In this document: piece by piece, positions 12,659 to 26,849 of the stretch
Numbering within the stretch: the stretch's first letter is position 1
How the letters are laid out: each line of letters starts with the position of its first letter
Source: Sphaerodactylus townsendi
Lineage: Eukaryota
Direction: 5' to 3'
Assembly (NCBI RefSeq): GCF_021028975.2
Contig: NC_059427.1
Coordinates: forward strand, 124,496,001 to 124,560,000
DNA length: 64,000 nucleotides
Made by a program: the position numbers and the translations under genes
The notes under the pieces: generated by a model
Seen by the model: the letters and a program-made list of their open reading frames with translations, nothing else
Databases searched by the model: none
Told to the model about the DNA's origin: nothing

Positions 12659-14221
12659 AGTGTAGTCTATCCAAAGTTGACCTAATGTGATACTTGCCTC
12701 ACTGCTTTATCACTTGGATCTGACAGAGCATTTTGGGGGATGGAAGGCTTTCCATCCACGGCATGTAACTTATCTCCTTCTTCCTACTGCAGTAACTTAT
12801 CTCCTCCCCCCACGTGTTTTGTTCTGAGAAGTCTTTTGTCTACATAAATGCTCAATTGGATCGAAGCCATTCACTCTTAAAAATTAATGATCCTTTATCA
12901 TCATTTCAGTGGAACTGCTGGTGGTGTTCTGATGTTTTTGGCCCACTTTTATTTGGAGAGGGCCTACTATACAGTATCTCGTGAGTGTAAGGAAAAATGG
13001 CAAACAAACAGAACTAGACTGGCTACCTGCGTTGATTTTAATTACCTTTGTTTTATAACTGCAAACTGTATTAAACCAATGTTGCATGAGATCACTCGAG
13101 CTATTTGGAGACATTTTGCCACAGGTTGCCTGTTCATTTTAAATATTACTCTTTAGAGGTGTTCTGGTTAGTCATGATTGTTCCAAAAGCAAGGGGTAAA
13201 ATAGAAAGAGGATGAGAATAGAGTTGTTGGATGGTCTCGGGTACATAGGCCTTAATCTTTCTTATGTTTAGGTGCTTGACTGATAACTGTTTTATTTGGA
13301 ATCAGAGCAATTCTGTATTATGCCAAGATTAAGAAAATCTGAGCTAGGGTGTCCCTGTGGTCATACTAGTTTTTCTTTGTTAGTTTCTCCTGAAATTACA
13401 AATTTTGTTTGATGTTCTGATCTCTGATAGTAAATCATTGGTTTAGATGTCAGGTTGTCCCATTTATAAGGAACTTGTGTTTTTGTTGAAATTAACAACT
13501 AATACAATTTGATTTAAGCATTGTAACTATGTATGTGGTGCAGCTCTATAATTGTAGTGCACTTTCCTGCTGAGATGCAGTATAATTCATTCTAGATCAG
13601 ATAATTGGGTTTGAGGCTTTCTGCAAAGAATATGCTAAACTATCCTTGTTTTTAATATTGCCTGTATTTAATTTTTCTTTATGCATTTCTTTACGCACAA
13701 ACGTATCAAAATTGTAACTGTTCAGTTTTGAGCAACTTCATCTGTTGTTGTCCAGTATTTTGTATGATTGGATCAGCCCTTCAACTTTTAACTCATCTGA
13801 AGGCATAAAGGGGTTGGTAGTATGCTGCTATTGTGTTATTATGCCAATAAAGGGACAATTTAAATCCCTTTCAATCAAAACTAGAAGATGGAAACTCCAC
13901 CTGTTGTTTAAATGGGGTCTACCCATCATAGGTGGCATGTATCACCTCTAGTATATCTATTTTGTGTTGTAATTATCCTGTTGGGGTATGGTTACAAACA
14001 GAGATGTTGAACATCAGCTAACTATCACTTTGGACCTTAAATCAGTGTTCTATCAAACAGTCATGACTGTCTATTAATTATGCTGGCCATGTTATTTATC
14101 ACACTGGCTGCAGGCCTTTCTGAAAATGTTGGGTTTTAGTCATTTGTAGATCTGTGCTTTGATTTTTAACACACTCTTCTGGACATTATTCTCCCTTCCT
14201 CTCCCACCATATCACACTAGC

Positions 14222-14750
14222 ACAACAACAACACCTTTTATTGGCATATAATACATAAAATAGCATAAAACTATCTACTAGGGATAGTCCCACCATATCA
14301 TCAGTGACTATCATGTAGGCACTGGCACAAAATAATCCTAAAACCTGGGAACAAACCCCACTGCGCAGGATTCTGAGTAGACTGAAAAGCTAAAAAGGGG
14401 GAAAGAAAGAACTCAGCCAGAAAAATACAAGAAGCCTCAAAGGTTGAACTAAAAACTATAAAATCTGTAGCACGATGATTATATTTATTATATGGTGTAC
14501 ACACAAAAAAGAGTTAAAATGCAGCACCTACAATACAGGCTACACATTAGAAAAAAGTCATATGAACTATTACAAAAATCTCAGACACCGTTGGTGATAC
14601 AATCATTGTCAATAACAAATAACTGACCGTGCATATTTTCAGCCTATGCGGCCTTCCTCAGTGGTCATTAATACAAAATAAGATTATTGAAGAAAACACA
14701 TCCAGAAATATGCCACCCACCACCACCACCCCGAAAATAAGAAACCCTTA
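14222..14750 (-). mobile_element. Degenerate non-LTR/Penelope-like fragment(s)
   Basis: (AAC)n-TTTATT 3' end; hammerhead-like core at 14625-14666; boundaries approximate. Confidence 0.4.
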
Positions 14751-15266
14751 TATCTTGTGTGGTCATGTTGCCTGTTAATGCCCTGGGTCTTTCACCATTG
14801 AAACTGACTCACATTGAAATCTGGTATTTAATTACCAATGTTTCTGAATATGTAGTACCAACCAGTGATAAAATGCATTTCTGCTCTTTTTGCTAAACTG
14901 AATAGATATTGTCCGTTGTTGAGAATGGACTTGTTGCTTCCTTGAGCAACTAGAAATTGTGGGAATGAAAAGGTTATTGGCCTTCCTAGGTCAGCTGCCC
15001 AACCTGGCCCCTCTTCCTGCACTCCTGGTTGGCTCTTTCTCTCCCTGGGTAATTCTGAACTAGGAAGTTTTCACCTGAGTGGCCTTAACTCAGTCCTCCT
15101 CTGCTGCATTGCTGCTTATTGGCCTAAATATTGCAGCAGGAGGAATAACCCATACCTTTTACTTAATGCTCTAAAGCAACAAAGAGTGAGCCCTACAACA
15201 GTCTAGATGAGCAGTAATTAACACAAGAAAACAGCAGTCAGGAGCTATTAGGCAGCAGAGAACTTA

Positions 15267-15406
15267 GGCCCCTTCTGCACATGCAGAATAATGCACTTTC
15301 AGTCCACTTTTAATTCACTTTGCAGCTAGATTTTACTGTGTGGAATAGCAAAATCCCCTTGCAAACAATTGTGAAAGTGCATTATTCTGCACGTGCAGAA
15401 GGCGCC
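15267..15406. mobile_element. PIF/Harbinger MITE
   Basis: ~35-bp TIRs GGCCCCTTCTGCACATGCAGAATAATGCACTTTCA, TTA target-site duplication on both sides. Confidence 0.85.
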
Positions 15407-15725
15407 TTAGGGCATTCATCAGCTTGGCAACCTCTGGAGTTTATTAAATAGAACTAAACAGTTAAAACAATTTAAGGATGACAGATTGAAATAGCATGCA
15501 ATTTGTATCAAAGTTGATAATAAATTATCAAATGTGACATCATGAACTTACTCCAGAGGACACCCAATGTAACTTTTTTTTAGGGGAGAGCCAGGCTTGT
15601 TCTTGTGCTTTTGTCTTCCCAGGCATTGTGATTTAGTTGTGACTTTTATCCTTTGCTCTTTCCTGACTGGGCCAACTGCATATCTGTTATGGAGCTGGAT
15701 ACTTTTTGTTCCAGGAGATTAGTCA

Positions 15726-15851
15726 TGTGCAGAGGGGGACGGGGGGATGCACCGAGCTCGCCCCCCTGTGGGGCTGTGGCGGGGGCATGGCGGGACGGGG
15801 ACGAAGGACGCACCAGGGCCCGGGGCGCTTTCCCCCCTTGCTACGCCTCTG
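15726..15851. mobile_element. GC-rich hAT MITE fragment (CAGTGGCGTAGC family)
   Basis: Ends in GCTACGCCTCTG TIR; body like the copies at 17309, 35408, 49476, 62817. Confidence 0.7.
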
Positions 15852-15880
15852 GTCATGGGAACCCTGCTTTTCCCTCGTGT

Positions 15881-16000
15881 AGCCCCACCTACCTCACAAG
15901 GTGTCTGTTGTGGGGAGAGGAAGGGAAAGGAGTTTGTAAGCCACCTTGAGTCTCCTTACAGGAGAGAAAGATCGGGTATAAATCCAAACTCTTCTTCTAC
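15881..16000 (+). mobile_element. Squam3-like SINE 3' half
   Basis: Reverse complement of the 3' part of the SINE at 6800; (CTT)n tail. Confidence 0.8.
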
Positions 16001-16095
16001 CTGCTAGCCTGTAAAAGGCACTCAGCAGTCTCGGAGCATAAATAGAACTCAGACCTGATTATTGTAGCTTTTGATATGCATTCCAGAGTATAAGG

Positions 16096-16232
16096 CCATG
16101 GTGGCGAACCTTTGGCACTCCAGATGTTATGGACTACAATTCTCATCAGCCCCTGCCAATTGACCATGCTGGCAGGGGCTGATGAGAATTGTAGTCCATA
16201 ACATCTGGAGTGCCAAAGGTTCGCCACCACTG
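16096..16232. mobile_element. Palindromic hAT MITE, near-perfect hairpin
   Basis: 8-bp TSD GTATAAGG on both sides; ~55-bp inverted arms. Confidence 0.92.
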
Positions 16233-16880
16233 GTATAAGGCATTTTCCTAATAAGCGTTTTCTCAGGTTATGGCATTTGAGTTATCCTTTCTATCCGTTT
16301 TCCCCTGGAAAGGCTAATGTTGAGTTGACAGTCAATAGATGTGAGTCTGCTTGGAAACATGTCTTTTTCCTCCCTTAAGGTGGAAATGTTGTTAGCCATT
16401 AGTTTCTCTTCCACAAGAATGTGCATGAGGTTCACATTGAACCTACGAGAACTACCTACCAGCCAATGTCCGATTTGGATCCAGTTTGGAGTTCACGGAC
16501 ATGGACCCCAGGATATGGTTGGAGAAGGTTCCGTGGCTTTGGCTGAAGCTAAGCAGGTGTGAGTCCTAGTGCCTGGAACCATAGGTTCACCTTCTTGAAT
16601 TATGTAATGGAAGGAAAGCAGGATATGGATGTAATAAATACACTGCCTGTCTGTCTCTCAGTACCGCAGATAAATTGAACAGCTTTGCTGTGAAGTGTTT
16701 AAATCTCACAATATGAATGCATGCTTTTAACAACACAGCCATCTGAAATTCAGGAGAGGATGTGTACATCGTTACAAATTCAGGGTCTGGGTCACTGGGT
16801 CACATACAGTGCTTTAGTTATCAGTTTCAGTACTGTGCACAGTAGTTCAACACCAGTCAGATTACTTGTTAATCTTTCAG

Positions 16881-17052
16881 GGTGCCAGCCGAGCAGTTGA
16901 AGATGCTGAGCGTGAACGAAGGGAGAGAGACGAAAGGCTGAGGCATACACGGAACCCAGCAGTTCGTGGTTTACCATCCACTGCCTCTGGCAGGCTGAGA
17001 GGGACACAAGATGTGGCCCCACCAACTCCTCTTACCCCAACCTCACATACTG
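16881..17052 (+). CDS. CSNK1D: CSNK1D exon 7 ([14 protein letters not shown]...[12 protein letters not shown])
   Basis: 172 nt; delta-type regulatory tail including the T344/T347 Pro-directed sites. Confidence 0.97.
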
Positions 17053-17308
17053 GTACGTAGTGAAATACTCTGATTTCTACTCCCAAGACAGATGCAACTG
17101 TGTGGAACATAACAGCATCTTTGATCCCTGGGATTCAAGTTGTTCATTCAGGAAGTGCGTTATACCCAAAGCATTGTCTGTTGCCTTTGCATATACTTGT
17201 TTCTATCACTTTGTATAAGAGATAAATTAGTTTATTTTTAAAAAAATCTTCCATCTTTGACAAATGCAGAGATAAGATAGGTGACTTCCTGTAACTTGGG
17301 ATTGAATG

Positions 17309-17459
17309 CAGCAGCAGAACAAGGGGAAACTGCACCTGGGGCACATGTGCGCCCTGTGCCTTCCACCGTGGCCTCCGGAACACCACACCCCCTCCACAGC
17401 CTCACCGCGGCTCTGCCCAGGGCATCGTGCCCCACTGCCCCATGGGCACTATTCCACTG
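17309..17459. mobile_element. GC-rich hAT MITE
   Basis: CAG...CTG ends, TSD ATTGAATG/ATAGAATG. Confidence 0.8.
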
Positions 17460-18420
17460 ATAGAATGATTATACAATTGCAGAATGAAAATTTGGTAAAC
17501 ATGTCTAGATAGAATCTCTTCTCAATTGCCACTTCTGAAGCCAAGCAAAGTGCTGTCATTTCATGAATGTTGTCAATAAAAGAGTTGTTTGTGTTGTCCT
17601 AGCCAAGTTAATTTAAAAAAAAAGGTAATTCATCCCAGTGGAGGATCTTAGCTGCTGTTAACCTGGTAATGTTGCTGGAATTTGAAGCAAGCTGATGGTT
17701 GAAGCACAGAATCATTACTTTGCTGGTGATATTTAGAACCTAACTGTTCAATTTGTCACGCATTTGGTTTCATCATTTTACCACAGTGGTCTTGGCCCTG
17801 TGCAGTTGCTTTCAAGCTAGGTAAAATATCCTGGCTGGAATTCAGAAAGCTACCTCAGGGGCAACCAAAAGTTCGAACCTGTGCCAGGTGACATGTTTTA
17901 CTTTGAACAGCAAACTACAACCACTCAATGCCAAATCATAACCTAATTTTGAAAGGCCTCTGGATTATAAAATGTTTACCATATTTCTGGGAATGTACCC
18001 GTATTGCTCTTCTAGAGGACAAGTCCAAAGTATTCTTAAACCCACAGTTTCAGGTCTGTATTAGATTGCTGTAAGTTAAGATAATCATGATGATGATACT
18101 GGGTTGAAACCTTTATCCTCAGTTATTCATTGTTTGATTAGAAAATCTAGAACAATCCACCAGACATTTTGTTTTGAGCTCTCCTACCCAGCCTGTTCTT
18201 GAAATACGGGTTGTCTGTCACTCCTTGGCAAACACCAATACTAAATAGCACAGTGTCTTAAATGGTATGTAGTACTGAGGTATTGTGAATCCTTCCTTGG
18301 ATCTGTATAATTAAGAATAGCAGAACTTCTGATGTTCTTCTCTGAAGTGGTCCGCAGATTTAATAGTTTAACACAATCAACAAGTATAATTCTTCACTTT
18401 TAAAAAAATCTTTTTGTCAG

Positions 18421-18560
18421 CAAACACCTCTCCTCGTCCAGTATCTGGAATGGAGCGAGAACGGAAAGTGAGTATGCGATTGCATCGTGGTGCACCTGTC
18501 AATATCTCCTCGTCTGATTTAACAGGCCGACAAGATACCTCGCGCATGTCAACCTCACAG
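18421..18560 (+). CDS. CSNK1D: CSNK1D exon 8 ([46 protein letters not shown])
   Basis: 140 nt, ends in phase 0 at CAG|GT; RKVS (S370) site. Confidence 0.97.
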
Positions 18561-19243
18561 GTACAAAACTGTTCTGATTTATTTTTGTGAGGGAGGAGGT
18601 AGGAGTTTAGTAGCCTTCCTTAGAATGAAACACAGGAATAAAAATACCCCTGATAGGAAAGTTCACCTCACAATTGTTAAGGTTAAATCTCTGAGCTGAA
18701 CATGGTCTCTTATGAAGACCCACATTCTTTGCCCTTTGTGGTTTGAAAGTAAAGGGCACAAAAATCTAGGGATGGGTACCTCCTTCGTCTTTTAGGTTAT
18801 TGCTAGGTACAGCCTTTAAGACCCACACAAATTTTAGGGACGTTTGTTATACCATGTGAATTATCCAGTGGTGCAAAGCTTCTATTTTTTTTCCTAAGCA
18901 GTGTAGCTCATAGAAGCCTTGTGTAAATGAATAAGCACCATTTGTATCTTTTACATTTCATGGAGGAGGAGAATTAATAAGAGCTCTTCTCTTACCCTTT
19001 CTACAGAGTCTGTCCAAAGTTAGATTAGTAATAAACGGAGGCATTCATTCAGTGTGTAACTGTAAAACCGTTCCTCCCCAGAAATATTGTCATAGCATGG
19101 GCTGTATTTCAAAACAAACTGCCTTCTGTGAGAAATGATTACTAACTTTTCATTAGTATTAGCAAACACAGTCTCTGTGTGCTATAAGAAGGGTGTACTT
19201 CAAACTATTTTGTGCAAGTGTTATATCTAATGAAATAAGACTG

Positions 19244-19625
19244 ACGACCCAATCCAGAGCCCTGGAGTTGTCAGGGACAGCGGCGCTGCAGTGCTGCCCT
19301 GACGCATCGATGACTTTTCGGTGGCGTGAGGAGGCAAAAAGCAAAAACCCCTCTCCACTTCCAAAAAGCCCTCCATTGGCACAATGGACTTACACCACCC
19401 AAGCCCTGGGTGCTATTGTCCTGGGAGACAAAGGTGGGATGGAATCCGACTTAACGTTGACTTCACTTCCTGCCACACCTCTGGAATGCCTGTGCTATGG
19501 AGAGCCGCAGAGGCCTCCTGCTGACGGATTTGCCCCTCCGCCAGAGTAAGTGCCCTGAGGAGGGCAAATCTGCCAGCATAGTGCCCCACCACCCCCACAA
19601 CTTCACCCCCTCTGGGTTGGGCTGT
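19244..19625. mobile_element. Non-autonomous DNA transposon (ACAGCCCAATCCAGAG-type TIR)
   Basis: ACGACCCAATCCAGAG ... CTCTGGGTTGGGCTGT inverted ends; GC-rich interior. Confidence 0.7.
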
Positions 19626-22600
19626 TAGTCTATCTTGCTTGCTTTGTTGATTGTGTTACATAGTGGAACTGTTCATACAACTTTGATTTTCTTTTCTCTT
19701 CTAGCACATTTAGAATCCTCTGCATAAGTTTGAGAAGTAAAAATGGTTTCCAAGCTAGCATTGGGCATGCAATTTTTGTTGAAAATGTAAAACTGATCTA
19801 GATTAGGTAAATGGAATTTGCAGCCTGTGCAGTAAACTGGCTTCTTATCTTTGGGGCAGTGGGCTTTGACCTCTAAACATGTTAATTGTTGTCCCAACTT
19901 CTCCCATGCAGTATGTACTTCTTTTTTTTGTAAGGTTATGTCAAATGCTTAAAATACTTTAGTTTAATTACAGCATCAGTTGCATAAGAGGCTGTAATGT
20001 GAATGCTTATTATTGTATGCAAATACAAGTGTTTGAGAGATAGGATACATGGTTGTGAAGTGGAATGAGAGTTGATTCAGTTTTGTTACATTTTTGTTGC
20101 TCCCCCACTGTTTTGGAAACTCGTAGTCATGATGCTGAAGAAAACTACTCATCAACAGGCAAGAGCCTTTCAGGTTTTGTACCTGATTTATTCCATTTCC
20201 AAGAGTGCATGTGTGTCCTGAAACCAAATCTGTCATTTAATCTAGGCATCATCAGTAAGATACTCATCACATGGAATCTTGAGCAAGGAAAAATGGCTTC
20301 TCCATGGGCTGTGTTACTCTTTCTAGTCTGAAAGAAACAGCTGTGAATTTAGAAGCAATAAACAACAGATTTAAGAGTTTGATGACAGAATGTATCTAGG
20401 TAATGAGGAACATGTGAGAGATCTAGAGAAGCCTGTTACAGAAAGGAATCTGGTAGCACTAAGAATTTAGGCAAGATTGTGTCAAGGAAATAGCTCTTTA
20501 GAAGCGTTAATGAGTTAGTCTATGGTTGGCTTTCAAACAAAGAAATGCCAAAGGAGCAAAAACTACTGTGGTTGGTCAGTGCATAAACATGGATGATGCA
20601 GTCATGAAGAATAATTTTTAGACCACACTCCTAAATCAGTGAATGAGGAATATTAAACATTGAGTTAAGAAAAGGAAGAATTGACAAGTTTGTAACACAG
20701 GAACTCAGAGCTCTAGTATCTATGACTTGTTTACTAACTGAGAAATATTCTACCAGGTAATAAATCACACATACATCCCAAAGTGTATGGAAGCGACTTT
20801 GTTTACAGATTGTTAATTTTAATACGGTTAAAAAAATCCCCAAACCATTCTATAGTAAAACTTCTTCCTAACAAAAATTAGTAAAAGTTTTCTCACTGTT
20901 GCCACATTTTAACACTTCTCTTTATGACAGTTGTTGTTGAAAATACGTAACCTGAACCATCAGAGTATTTGAGCCTCTAAATAGTCTGTGAGGTAAAAGA
21001 CAACAACAACAGCCCTAAATTGGAATGTGGAACATAGAGATTGTAGCATTGTGGAAATACAAATTGTGATTCAACACAAAAAGCAGCAGTAGCATGCAAA
21101 TTATTACCATAATATACTAGATTGGATCCTACAGAGCTTTCCCATGGGAGGGGGAAGAGAAGATTTTGGTTGGTTGTCTGACATCCACTACAAACTTCAG
21201 GCTGAACACTCATGCTGTTCCAGGGGGATTCCTTGCCTCCCCCTCCCCACCCTGAAGCAGCAATTGATAGGCATAATATTTGGCTCTGCAGAAGCAGGGA
21301 AGTTGCGCTCTGACAGAAATCCCTTTGTCAGCATTTTTTTTTGCAGGATCAAAAGAACCTGCAGAATAAAATAATCAGTTTTGAAGGATTTTATAATTTT
21401 CTGCTAACCCCAGTTCTGCACAGGAAAATCAATATAAATTCATTCAGACTGTTTTGCAGCCTTTTACTCCATTCCTGTGCAGGTAAAGGTTGCCTGTTGA
21501 ATACATCTGTGAACATATTCATTGTTAGTACTCAGGTAATGAGGTAACATCTACTCCAGAAAATGAGGGAAAATTCTATAAAATAGTGTTAACTTACTGT
21601 GTGGTCTCCAGTTCTCGAGAGTAAGATGATGTTCCTTGGCCTCAGACATAGCATTCTGAGCCTGTATACTGGATGGGGCAAGGAAAGAGGCTTAGGGTTT
21701 GAATGAGGGCATGTTGTGGGGATGTATAGAGCCTGCTGATTCTGAGACTCTCTCTTTTATCCTTCCACGTGTAAAGCCAAGTTCCCGCTGACCTCAAAAG
21801 AAGAGGAAGAAAGTGTGAATTTAACCACTTAAATGACCTGAAATAAAGCCCTTTTAGACTCTGAAATCTTAATTACTTGCTTTCCTTTGTATCGGGCCAT
21901 TTGAAGCTCATCAAGCTATGCCATAATGAAAAGCTGCCAGTATTTTTACTTTGGGAGGCGCTAATTTCCAACCAGTGTTTTCTAGACCAGCATCTCACTT
22001 TTCTAGGGTATGTCTATATAAGAGGAAAGTTTTTGTGTTGCATGTTTGGGAGAAGGATAAAGCAAAGTATCCACTCTTGCTAAATCGTCACCACAAAATC
22101 TGATATGAAGTTTGTGTGAGCAGTGGGCAAAATGTGATGCAAGTAATCATGTACATAAAGTGCAGTTTATTAACTTAAAGTTTTTCCGTGTGACTTGTGT
22201 TTGTGTTCAGAGATAGTGGTCAGTCTTTGAGGCCCTTTGATGAAAAAGGCTGTATTCCAAGGAGCAGTATTTTCTCAGATGTGCAAAGATTCAGCTTTCT
22301 GTTCTGACACAGTTTCTCTTTATTCAGATTGTTTTATCCAGAAAATTAATGACACAACATGGCCCCCGCATCATGTATGAATATGTAATAGTGCTATCAG
22401 CTCATAAATGTAGTTCAAACAACCATGAGTCTTTTTATATTTTTTAGTTTGTTGACTGTTTGAGAGGAAGATGATCAACCAATATCTTTTTAAATTGGTT
22501 GACTACATATTTGAACCAATTTAATTAAAGTGTTTCAAACTGTCAGGTTTGCATTTTGTGTCCAGTCTGCTTGGCTTTGGAGTCCAGCCTCTCCAGATCC

Positions 22601-23034
22601 TTCCAAACAGCACTTCTGGAAGTTAGCCCAACGACAATCGATTTGTGTTACTTCATTCTGTGAAAGAATTCACTCCTCAAATAGGATCGTGTCTAACTTA
22701 AATGTCAGAGATCCAAACAGTGAACACTTTATACATTTCAGCTTGGTGATCCTTCTAAAAAGCTGCAGTCAGTTCCATTGCACATTCTTGGACTTTATTA
22801 TTATAGAAGGTCCACTGTATACAATTTTCACTATTGTATAAACTAGTGAAGCCAAAAAGGACTCCTTATCTCCAAAGAGCCAAACTAATTGTCAAAATGT
22901 GTGGACTGTGATTCTGTCCAATAGAGCTTGGGTTACTTTGTGGGTTTACCCTGTGTAATGCTTTGAATTTCAGTATGAGCCCCTTGGTGACTACCTGATA
23001 TTTCCCAGCAAACATTTATTGGATGCCTTTCTTT

Positions 23035-23750
23035 ATCACAGGAACTCAAAGCAAACAACACAAAACACAATAAAATATATTAAAAACGTTTCATTTAAAA
23101 TCAGTAATTGAAAATTGCTGGTAGCAGAAGAATTGACAACTGGTCCAAATGCAGTGATTAATAAAACTATCTTCAGCTGCCTCCTGGAGATTGAGCATGA
23201 GAAGGCCAGAGTCATCTTCCTTGGGAGGTTATTTCATAATCTTGGGGCTGCTGGTGGAAAAGCCCTCTCCTGTATACGCATCAAATGAGCTTCTTTGGTT
23301 GATGGGACTGTCAAGAGGGCTTCTCCCTGTGACCTTAGTTCCTAGACAGAAACAAATGGGAAGAGTCTGTTCTTCAGGTTCCCCAGTCCTATGTAAGCCT
23401 TTAAAGGTCAAAATCAACACCTTGCATTGGGCTTGGGAGCAGTTTAGAAGTCAAATCAGAAGCTATAGGATTGGTGTCCTGGTAGCTGGCCCCAGTCATC
23501 ACTCTAGCCTCAGCTTGCTGCATTAGCTGTAGGCTCCAAACATTCTTCAGGAGTCCCCCCCCCCCTTTCAGTGCATTTCAGTAGTCCAGTCTAAAATTAA
23601 GTGTCATAGATCCCTCTGGCTAGGTCAGATTGAGCCAGTAACACAGGTGCAGATGGAGCACTAGCCAAAGCTGAGCAAAATCACTCCAAATCACAACCGC
23701 CTGGTTTTCTAAGGTGATCTCTGTGTCACGAAGCCTTCCCAAACAGTGAA
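23035..23750 (-). mobile_element. Old L2 LINE fragment
   Basis: Degenerate homology to the L2 at 7530-8325 (LILTFKGLH, AGTAGTCCAGTCT); boundaries approximate. Confidence 0.65.
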
Positions 23751-25535
23751 CCTGACTTTTCTAGTGGTTTAAGATCCAAGACAGAGATGATCTTAAACCA
23801 CTTGTCTGACTTTCTGCTGTGCTTCAGAGGATAGCTTCTAACAATGCTTCATTCTTAGCACACCTTTTAAGAACCAGCTGTTTTGGAGCAGATGTATCAT
23901 TCAAACTCATGATATGTCACACAGTGAATAGTTACAGACATCTAGTAAAAACGCCCTCCTTTCAATATGTAAATTGATGGAAATTTCTGTAGCGTTATTC
24001 TTCAGACTGTTAAATAAGAGAATGCTTGAAAGTTTGGAATCTAATACTCATGGAAGCAAGGTTGGTTTGTACTGTAAAATTTAAATGCTGAATGGTAGTA
24101 ATAATGTATACATTAAAGCTGTTTCCAACAAAGCATTAAACCTTGAGGGGAAAATACAGTGTGCCAGCAGTGTAGGTATGCCTCCAAGAAACTAGCCACA
24201 CCTTTGAAACTTGCCACACAGCAGAGTGAGAGGCTGCTATTCTGAGGCAAGCAGCTAAGTAACATATGACATCAATCTACACTCACTTTGCCACCCTGGC
24301 ATCATAGTATTTTCCCACACAAGGGGAACAGAGCACAGTTCTGTGTTTGTGGTTTTTGGCCTGCTGCCAAGCATCTGTAATTTTGTAATAGCTGTGTGCC
24401 TGCATTTTCTCTGTTTTCTAGGTTTAGTGGCACAAGGGAAGGGGGCCATAATGCATTGTTGTATTTCCCAGGGGTGATATGCATAGCACAGGGATTTACC
24501 ATGGGAACTAGGGACGGTGAAAAGTATTGACACAAGTAAGAGTAGAGAAAATGTTGGTGTAAGAATGTGGAGAAATTAGTCTCCCCTTAACAAAATTGGG
24601 TTTTACAAATATATTACTTCTCTGTGTATTTGTATATACTGAAAAATGAAACGTATCACTATTTTGTATCTCTAGCATTTTTGGGCCAACTAGGCTACCG
24701 CTGTAAATGTTTTCTCCAGACATGAGGTGTCTTATCTGGGAAGTCACAGGTCAAACTGTGGGCAAAATTCAGTCTGCTTGCTGTATATTAACGCTATAAG
24801 GACAGTCAATTTGCCAACATTGTCAGAAAATCTTAGCATATTTTATGCTGTATTCATAGTAATAACCCAAGCTCTGTGACTCCATCCAGAGTTCTGGAGC
24901 TCTTCACACATGGTGAAATAATATGAGCTCTTCCCCTGGCATCCCAATTAGTGTTTGTTCTGTGAGCATTAAATCCCTGTAATGATATCATGTGGTCAAC
25001 ATTAACTATTTCCTTGGTGCACCAGGGGATGGGGTATGAGTGGAGACTTCGGGGAGCTGACAATTTGAAGTTGCTGCAAAGAAAGAAGTGCAGAAGGAAG
25101 AGCAAATAAGACAAAAGGCAGAAGATGATGAAGAAAGAAGAGTTAATACAGAGCAGAGAAGTGAATTTAAAGAGGCATTTGCTCCTTAAATGTTGAATTG
25201 TACTGTGAAGTAGTAAATAAACTGCTAACCTTGTAGGTCCATCAGATTTGGCCAGATTTTTGTTTTGGCCTTTGCTAAAAAATTTCTTCCATTATAAATG
25301 GGAGGAGACTGGCGATAAAGTGAAACAACCCTGCCTTTATATATTGGTCATGAAGATACTGCACCACCAAGGGGCAGTGCTGCTATTCATGCAGAATTCA
25401 CTGCATTTCAGGATTACATTAGGTAGGAGGAGATGAGTAGAATGAAATTTGGGGAGTCAAACTAGATTTGCAGTCAGCTGTCTTGCCAGCTTTGGGATCA
25501 TGAGAAGGGCTTTTAATTGGTCGGGGGCATGTTAG

Positions 25536-25717
25536 CAGTGGTGGGATCCAAAAATTTTAATAACAGGTTCCGATGGTGGTGGGATTCAAACAGTGGCACC
25601 GCCACACACACGCACCTCCAGTCCCTTTTGGGCAGGGAGGTTGCTTTAGTAACCCCTTCCCGGCACTCAGAAAAAATTAGTAACCACTTCTCTAGAACTG
25701 GTTGGATCCCACCTCTG
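25536..25717. mobile_element. hAT MITE (CAGTGGTGGGATCC TIR)
   Basis: TIR CAGTGGTGGGATCCAA/TTGGATCCCACCTCTG; perfect 8-bp TSD CATGTTAG. Confidence 0.9.
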
Positions 25718-26849
25718 CATGTTAGTAATCGGCAACAGTGTCCCAGCAAAACTAGCAGAAAAATGAATGAAGCCTTTCTAGAAGTGCAAGAAACTGGGAT
25801 GGCTTCTGGTGGTTCAGATACCTTGGCAAAACCCCTATGCAGTGTTATATAATTCCTGCCTGCCAAGTAAGTTGGGCCTGAGGGTGTGGTGAAAGTTTAG
25901 CTCTTGCTGTGATGATAGACGTGTGAGTAGGCTGCAGTTCTCCTGAGTATTCTAGCGGCTCATATGGCCAAATGCTCTTCCATAAGAAAATATTCCTCTA
26001 TATAAAATGCTAGTACACTGGGGAGCAGGCCACTTTATCCCCGATAAACTAGTTTTCTATGTGGAAGGGTGTGCTTTTTGTATAATGAAGAATTCAGCTG
26101 TACGATCTATCAGGCTCACGGTTGAGGAATTTTAGCTGCTCTGTTACTTCCACCAGTCACTGGGCAAAGTCCCTGCTCTTTTATATGCCCCCCTAGATCC
26201 CCCTTCCCCCTTACTTTATGCATGTACTGTAAATCTCAGAAGTCAACTCCTGGGAGCTTATGATGCCATTTTATATTATTTGGAACTGCTATGATCTTCC
26301 TTTTTTTTGTAACTACAGAAATAAGATTTTCCCAGGTAGATGTTTCAGGAGTTCCAGTTTATTCTGCTCTGTTCCACAAAAAGATAATAGTGCAGTCAGT
26401 TGAGGTCTAGCCATTGAGAAAATAGTATGTCTCCGCATTAGGATACAGTCCTGAATTAATATGAGAATTAACATTTATCAAAATCATAATTTGTGCATTA
26501 TTGAACATGGTACTTTGATACAAGAGCATTTAGTTCATCACACAACTATCAAATGGACGGTGGGAGCCAGGCACTAGGATCCAGGCGGAGCATTCTACAA
26601 CAAAGGAGGTCCAGCATGCATTCTATGGTGGAGAAATATACTACTATTATTTTTCTGTGGAACTGAGTATAGGAACACTCGATCTGTAGTTTTTCAGGAC
26701 ATAAGAAAGCTCAGGGATGAGGGGAAAGAGTGGGGATACTCTTATTGGGGATGACTGGAGTGCAGTAGTGGTGTTCTTGATTACCATATCTCCCCATATT
26801 GCCCACAGAGAGCTCTTTGTTCCTCCAGTGGCAACCTGTTAGTGATCCC

